From Minisyncoccota bacterium (lineage in GTDB: Bacteria > Patescibacteriota > Minisyncoccia > Phycocordibacterales > Phycocordibacteraceae), in contig JAQUAU010000002.1 of assembly GCA_028687085.1 (NCBI GenBank), positions 1-35,187 on the forward strand: a stretch of DNA of 35,187 nucleotides, given 5' to 3'. The position numbers and the translations under genes were made by a program. Every line of letters starts with the position of its first letter. Within the stretch, counting starts at the first letter, position 1. Under the pieces are notes generated by a model. The model did not search any database. It was given only the letters and a program-made list of their open reading frames with translations, and was not told where the DNA came from. Below, piece after piece: positions 31,430 through 35,187 of the stretch.

Positions 31430-31849
31430 TTATTTCACGTCGATGCCCATGCTCCGTGCCGTACCTGCGATCGTGCGGGCGGCTGCCTCGGGCGAGCTCG
31501 CGTTCATGTCGGGGATCTTCTCGGCGACGATCTCGGCGATCTGCGCCTTCGTAATCGAGCCTGCCTTCACCAAGGGAGCCTTACCCGAACCCTTCTCCAG
31601 ACCGGCCGCCTTAAGGATAAGGCGTGAAGCCGGCGGATTCTTCATGGTGAAGGTGAAGGTGCGGTCATCCATGACCAAAAGCTCGATCGGGATGATCGTA
31701 CCTCGTTTGTCCTTGGTCGCTTCATTAAACTGGGTCACGAACTGGCCGATGTTCACGCCCGCAGGACCGAGCGCGGTACCGACTGGCGGCGCAGGGGTAG
31801 CCGCCCCGCCCGGGATCTGAAGCTTTATCTTTTTTACGACTGTAGCCAT
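31430..31849 (-). CDS. rplK: 50S ribosomal protein L11
   Basis: Contains [34 protein letters not shown], which is canonical L11. Confidence 0.97.
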   Translation of the reverse strand: MATVVKKIKLQIPGGAATPAPPVGTALGPAGVNIGQFVTQFNEATKDKRGTIIPIELLVMDDRTFTFTMKNPPASRLILKAAGLEKGSGKAPLVKAGSITKAQIAEIVAEKIPDMNASSPEAAARTIAGTARSMGIDVK

Positions 31850-31885
31850 ACGTTGTGAGAGATTACCTTATTATCTATAAAATTC

Positions 31886-32530
31886 CTAGAGTTTCCGAAT
31901 CTGGAGGAAATCGAGCTCGACCGGCGTCTCGCGACCGAACATCGAGACCATAACCTTCACCTTGCCGCGATCTTCGTCGATATCGCCCACCTTGCCCTCG
32001 AGATCCTTGAACGGGCCGTCACTAATGACGATCGGATCGTCCTTCACGAGGTCGATGCGGTGCTTCGGCGCTTCAGCGGTCATGCGCTTCATCAGCGTCG
32101 TAACTTCAGACTCCTCCATCGGAACTGGCGTATTGCCACTTCCGACGAAGCCGGTCACGCGCGGGGTGTTGCGCACCACAAACCACGAGTCGTCGTCGAC
32201 GATCATGCGCACGAGGATGTAGCCTGGATAGATCTTCTCTTCTTCCACTATCCTCTTCCCGCCCTTTACTCTTATCTTCTTCTCAGTCGGCACAACAACG
32301 TCGAATATCTTTCCCTCCATGCCGAGAGACTCGATGCGCTGCTTCAAATTGCGCTCGACGGCGTTCTCATAGCCGGCGTAGGTGTGAATCGTGTACCAGC
32401 GCGCATCCTCTTTTTTCGGAACGATCTCGTCGCGAATCTCTTTGCGCACAGCCGGCGCGATGTCGGCCATGCCGACCTCCGCATCAGCGTCCTCCATTTC
32501 TATCTCGGTGTTGTTCTGGTTGTCGTCCAT
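31886..32530 (-). CDS. nusG: transcription termination/antitermination factor NusG
   Basis: NGN domain (WYTIHTYAGYENAVERNL) and KOW domain (GPFKDLEGKVGDIDEDRGKVKVMV), preceded by an acidic N-terminal extension. Confidence 0.95.
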   Translation of the reverse strand: MDDNQNNTEIEMEDADAEVGMADIAPAVRKEIRDEIVPKKEDARWYTIHTYAGYENAVERNLKQRIESLGMEGKIFDVVVPTEKKIRVKGGKRIVEEEKIYPGYILVRMIVDDDSWFVVRNTPRVTGFVGSGNTPVPMEESEVTTLMKRMTAEAPKHRIDLVKDDPIVISDGPFKDLEGKVGDIDEDRGKVKVMVSMFGRETPVELDFLQIRKL

Positions 32531-32540
32531 AGAAGAAGAA

Positions 32541-32726
32541 TTAGACGCCCGTGAGACGACTCACCCCGAGACCGAAGGCGTAGTCCAAGAGACCGACGAG
32601 GAGTGCGATCGCGAGCGCGATGAAGATGACGACGAACGTATGTGCAACGGCTGTCCGGGGAGTCGGCCAGACGATATGTGCGAACTCTTCGCGCACATGC
32701 TTCAGATACGTGAATGGTGAGGTCAT
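32541..32726 (-). CDS. secE: preprotein translocase subunit SecE
   Basis: 61 aa with a single TM helix. VREEFAHIVWPTPRT is a typical SecE motif. Gene order is secE-nusG-rplK. Confidence 0.85.
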   Translation of the reverse strand: MTSPFTYLKHVREEFAHIVWPTPRTAVAHTFVVIFIALAIALLVGLLDYAFGLGVSRLTGV

Positions 32727-32742
32727 GCGGGTAGCATTTACT

Positions 32743-32764
32743 AAATAAAAAAGCCCTGCGGGCT
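32743..32764 (-). terminator. small intrinsic terminator just upstream of the secE promoter
   Basis: The minus strand reads GAGCCCGCAGGGCTTTTTTATTT. Confidence 0.6.
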
Positions 32765-32813
32765 CTCTGATATAGAGAGCATACTACGACGCTGTGGCGG
32801 CGTCAACTGCGGC

Positions 32814-32854
32814 AAAACAAGGTTCGACCTTGTTGCAAGGTCGAACCTTGTTTT
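32814..32854. terminator. strong bidirectional terminator after the SIMPL gene
   Basis: Perfect 18-bp stem AAAACAAGGTTCGACCTT / AAGGTCGAACCTTGTTTT with loop GTTGC. Confidence 0.85.
32817..32834. repeat. exact 18-nt repeat ACAAGGTTCGACCTTGTT, copy 2
   Basis: Identical to 18595..18612. It is embedded in the left arm and loop of the terminator. Confidence 0.85.
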
Positions 32855-32858
32855 TGCA

Positions 32859-33662
32859 CTAGCGGATCTCGTAGGTAATCGAGACCGACGCGTTATAGGT
32901 GTTCTCGCCAGCCGGCACATTCGGCGCAACGGCTTTCGAATCAGAGGCGCCGCCGCCCATGCCGTACGTCATCATCGGATACGGATAGCCGCCAGAGGAC
33001 TCAGAGAAGTTCACAATCTTACCGAGCTTCACACCGAGCTGTTTCGCGAGAAGGTCGGCCTGAGCCTTCGCCTTCGTTATAGCGTCAGCGCGCGCGGCAT
33101 CATTGCCGGCAGTAGCATCATCGAGCGCGAAGGCGGGGCCGCTCACGTTCTGGACCTCGAGCGTGCCGAGTCCTGAGAGAAGATCGCCCACCTTCGTGAG
33201 ATCGCGGAGCGTCACCTGTACGGTCTCAGACACTTGATAGCCGATTATCTTCGGCGCGCCGCCATAGGTTGGACAGAGCGAGCCCGAGGAGCACGGGTTC
33301 GGATACGAGTATTGAGGATAGATGTTGTAGGAGAGCGTCTTCACATCCTTCTCCGCGACGCCCTGCTCTTTTACAAAGTCGAGTGCGGCATTGGCCTGCT
33401 TCGTCGTCGCGGCCTGCGCGAGCGCGACTGTCGCCTTCGTATTCTCTACCGTAAACGAGACGCGCGCGACATCCGGCGGCATGCTTGCCTGGCCCTGACC
33501 CTGCACGGTAATCGTGTCGGTCGCCGGCACGCCCGAACGGCCGAGATCAGAAAGGACGCTCACCGTCTCGGCGAGAAGAAAGAGTGCGAGCAATGCGAAC
33601 ACGCCTATAAGCGCGGTGCGCATCGCGTTCCCAAAAAATGCGTTGAAAGAATCGCTGTTCAT
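32859..33662 (-). CDS. SIMPL-domain (DUF541) secreted/membrane-anchored protein
   Basis: N-terminal TM helix, followed by ITVQGQGQASMPPDVARVSFTV...NASVSITYEIR, which is typical of the SIMPL family. Confidence 0.75.
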   Translation of the reverse strand: MNSDSFNAFFGNAMRTALIGVFALLALFLLAETVSVLSDLGRSGVPATDTITVQGQGQASMPPDVARVSFTVENTKATVALAQAATTKQANAALDFVKEQGVAEKDVKTLSYNIYPQYSYPNPCSSGSLCPTYGGAPKIIGYQVSETVQVTLRDLTKVGDLLSGLGTLEVQNVSGPAFALDDATAGNDAARADAITKAKAQADLLAKQLGVKLGKIVNFSESSGGYPYPMMTYGMGGGASDSKAVAPNVPAGENTYNASVSITYEIR

Positions 33663-33706
33663 AAAGGTAAAGACGTTATAGCTACGTTGTTATGACATTC
33701 ATACTA

Positions 33707-34354
33707 TCACTCTCCTTGTAAGGTCGTAAGAAGCCTCCGGAGCGCCACCGCGGCAGGAAGCGTCGCGGTATCAAGGCTCGGATCAGTCCAATTCATGACC
33801 GAACGGTCGATCGCGTCAAAACGCAGGACATCCGTGCTTCGGGCGAGATAATAGGCCGTATCGACCATTCCCTCAAACCGCTCAATCGAAGCGATAGTGA
33901 AGCGATGCGTCCCGAGCACGGTCGAGGTGAAGGAGGTGGCGCTCACCGGCAAGCCGGAGGGACTGCCGATAGCGGTCTCTCGAATAGTCGCGAGCGCCGT
34001 CGAGGACGCCTGGAGAGCGAACCGACGGATGATGATACTGCTCGGTGGGATGTCTGCCGTGGAAGATGCCGATTCATATGCAGCGACGCTCGAAGCGTCC
34101 GGAAGTTCGGCGGCCGTAAACCCTTCCGGCAGGGCAAAGGAGACATTGATGTCTGCGAGTGTCACATTCGGCAAAGGGCATGCCGGGAAGGTGCAAGAGA
34201 GGCCGGTGCGCGCGACCGACGTGCCGTCGGGACACATTCGCGCATCCATCGGACAGGCGATCGGCTGAGACGGATGTTCGACGGCATTTCGATAGACAAG
34301 CCCGCCGAATCCGACGACGATGATAAGCACGATGCCGAGGAAGAGACCTTTCAT
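33707..34354 (-). CDS. membrane-anchored secreted hypothetical protein with a Cys-rich N-terminal segment
   Basis: N-terminal TM helix, then CPMDARMCPDGTSVARTGLSCTFPACP. No family was recognised. Confidence 0.6.
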   Translation of the reverse strand: MKGLFLGIVLIIVVGFGGLVYRNAVEHPSQPIACPMDARMCPDGTSVARTGLSCTFPACPLPNVTLADINVSFALPEGFTAAELPDASSVAAYESASSTADIPPSSIIIRRFALQASSTALATIRETAIGSPSGLPVSATSFTSTVLGTHRFTIASIERFEGMVDTAYYLARSTDVLRFDAIDRSVMNWTDPSLDTATLPAAVALRRLLTTLQGE

Positions 34355-34382
34355 ACACTCATACTACCACTCTTGAAAAAAC

Positions 34383-34459
34383 TGGGGTGGTCGATGGGTC
34401 ACGATCCCACAACCTTCTGCTCCACAAGCAGATGCTCTACCAATTGAGCTACGACCACC
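34383..34459 (-). tRNA. tRNA-His (GUG) with encoded G-1 and encoded CCA
   Basis: Hand-folded cloverleaf of 77 nt. The acceptor stem has 8 bp including G-1:C73. The D stem is GCTC/GAGC, the anticodon loop is TTGTGGA, the variable loop is AGGTT, and the T stem is GTGGG/CCCAT. Confidence 0.9.
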
Positions 34460-34494
34460 ATGCGCACAAGTTTTTTATAACACGAACGCAAGGA

Positions 34495-35028
34495 TTAGTA
34501 ACGCGGGGTCTCCTCGGCCACGCCCGCCTGATGGTTCGCCAGCCGGGCGAGCGCGAAGAGGAGCGAGGAGAGGCGGTTGAGGTAGCTGAGCGTCTCGCTC
34601 GTGAGTTCGCGCAATTTCATTTCTTTGACCGCAATCACGCGCCGCTCGGCGCGGCGTGCGAGGGTGCGCGCGACGTCGAGGAGCGCGGAGAGCTCAGTCC
34701 CACCGGCGATCGAGAACCCCTTCAAGGGCGGTATCTCTTTTTCTATATCGTTCACTATTCTCTCGACCTCTTGTACCGCCCCCTCCCCCACCTTCTTATC
34801 CGCACCGGCGACTTCAGCTTGAACAATGAAAAGTGTTCCTTGTATGTCCCGCACTATGCCGCCGATTCTCAGAGAATCAGCGGCACGCATCTTCACAAAG
34901 CCCAGAAACGCATTCAACTCATCAAGCGAGCCGAGCGCCTCGGGTAACTCTGATGACTTCGAAATCCTCTGCTGATTACAACCAAAGGCTGTTGTCGTCC
35001 CGCCATCCCCTTTGCCGGTATAGAGCAT
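34495..35028 (-). CDS. ATP:cob(I)alamin adenosyltransferase, PduO type
   Basis: Has the N-terminal motif MLYTGKGDGGTT. The helical-bundle length is typical for the family. Confidence 0.85.
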   Translation of the reverse strand: MLYTGKGDGGTTTAFGCNQQRISKSSELPEALGSLDELNAFLGFVKMRAADSLRIGGIVRDIQGTLFIVQAEVAGADKKVGEGAVQEVERIVNDIEKEIPPLKGFSIAGGTELSALLDVARTLARRAERRVIAVKEMKLRELTSETLSYLNRLSSLLFALARLANHQAGVAEETPRY

Positions 35029-35070
35029 ATACGGCTAGTATACAACGTTTTTACGGGGGCCGAATAGAGT

Positions 35071-35187
35071 TCAAGAGCTTGGAATCGCTTTGAGCATTTC
35101 TGCGGGCGTTTTGCAGTCGATGCCCATATGCGGCCGTTCGGTGTTGTACCAGTCGCAAAAGACAGGGATATCCTTGGCTTCGGCAAA
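35071..35187 (-). CDS. C-terminal 38 codons of an rve (integrase-core) DDE transposase/integrase; the 5' part lies beyond the window end
   Basis: Absent from the ORF track because it has no start in the window. My translation from 35187 is FAEAKDIPVFCDWYNTERPHMGIDCKTPAEMLKAIPSS*. It contains the YNxxRPHxxxxxxTPxE signature found at the end of the rve domain. Confidence 0.7.
   Translation of the reverse strand, partial: FAEAKDIPVFCDWYNTERPHMGIDCKTPAEMLKAIPSS

Noticed and set aside
31335-31820. 161-aa plus-strand ORF following folA
   Set aside because: Antisense to the canonical L11 gene.
34387-34947. 186-aa plus-strand ORF
   Set aside because: It begins inside the tRNA-His gene and is antisense to the PduO-type adenosyltransferase gene.
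34914-35186. 90-aa minus-strand ORF at the right edge
   Set aside because: It overlaps the PduO gene start and is in a different frame from the recognisable rve transposase C-terminus. Its sequence is not protein-like.
1-35187. CRISPR arrays or tandem repeats
   Set aside because: No regularly spaced direct repeats were seen. The repetitive DNA inside 2515-5973 reflects low-complexity T/S/A/G coding sequence, not an array.

Overview
Gene-dense window, transcribed mostly from the minus strand. It reads like a segment of a small Candidate Phyla Radiation / Parcubacteria-like chromosome. That placement is an inference from gene content: a giant Cys-free surface protein with a PG-binding domain, SIMPL, PduO, an AI-2E transporter, and secE-nusG-rplK with no rplA. 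Confident core genes are ftsK, recA, an ECF sigma factor with a membrane partner, efp, rpsF-ssb-rpsR, tatD, metG, glyQS, recO, ileS, argS, secE-nusG-rplK and tRNA-His. There is also a dCTP-to-dTMP / folate-cycle block (two dcd-family genes, thyA, glyA, divergent folA). Two edge-truncated genes are missing from the ORF track and were translated by hand: an O-antigen-ligase-like protein (1..969, minus) and the C-terminus of an rve/DDE transposase (35071..35187, minus). I found no rRNA, no CRISPR array, and no convincing multi-gene defence, secretion or toxin-antitoxin system. The parts worth a second look are: (1) a low-GC IS200/RAYT-like Y1 transposase cassette bounded by 36-nt hairpin repeats in the same orientation; (2) a lower-GC thyA-dcd pair with identical A-rich 3' ends and Lys tails, next to a dcd paralog that seems to lack the catalytic Glu; (3) a recurrent architecture of a -10 hexamer 6-12 nt upstream of the ATG with no Shine-Dalgarno; (4) two near-identical 31-bp AT-rich elements exactly 8 nt upstream of recA and rpsR; (5) a self-contained low-GC orphan gene; (6) a roughly 320-bp hairpin-rich non-coding stretch upstream of the surface-protein gene; (7) rplK followed by a duplicated copy of its own 3' end instead of rplA. 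All long Arg/Glu-rich ORFs antisense to these genes are treated as shadows typical of high-GC DNA.
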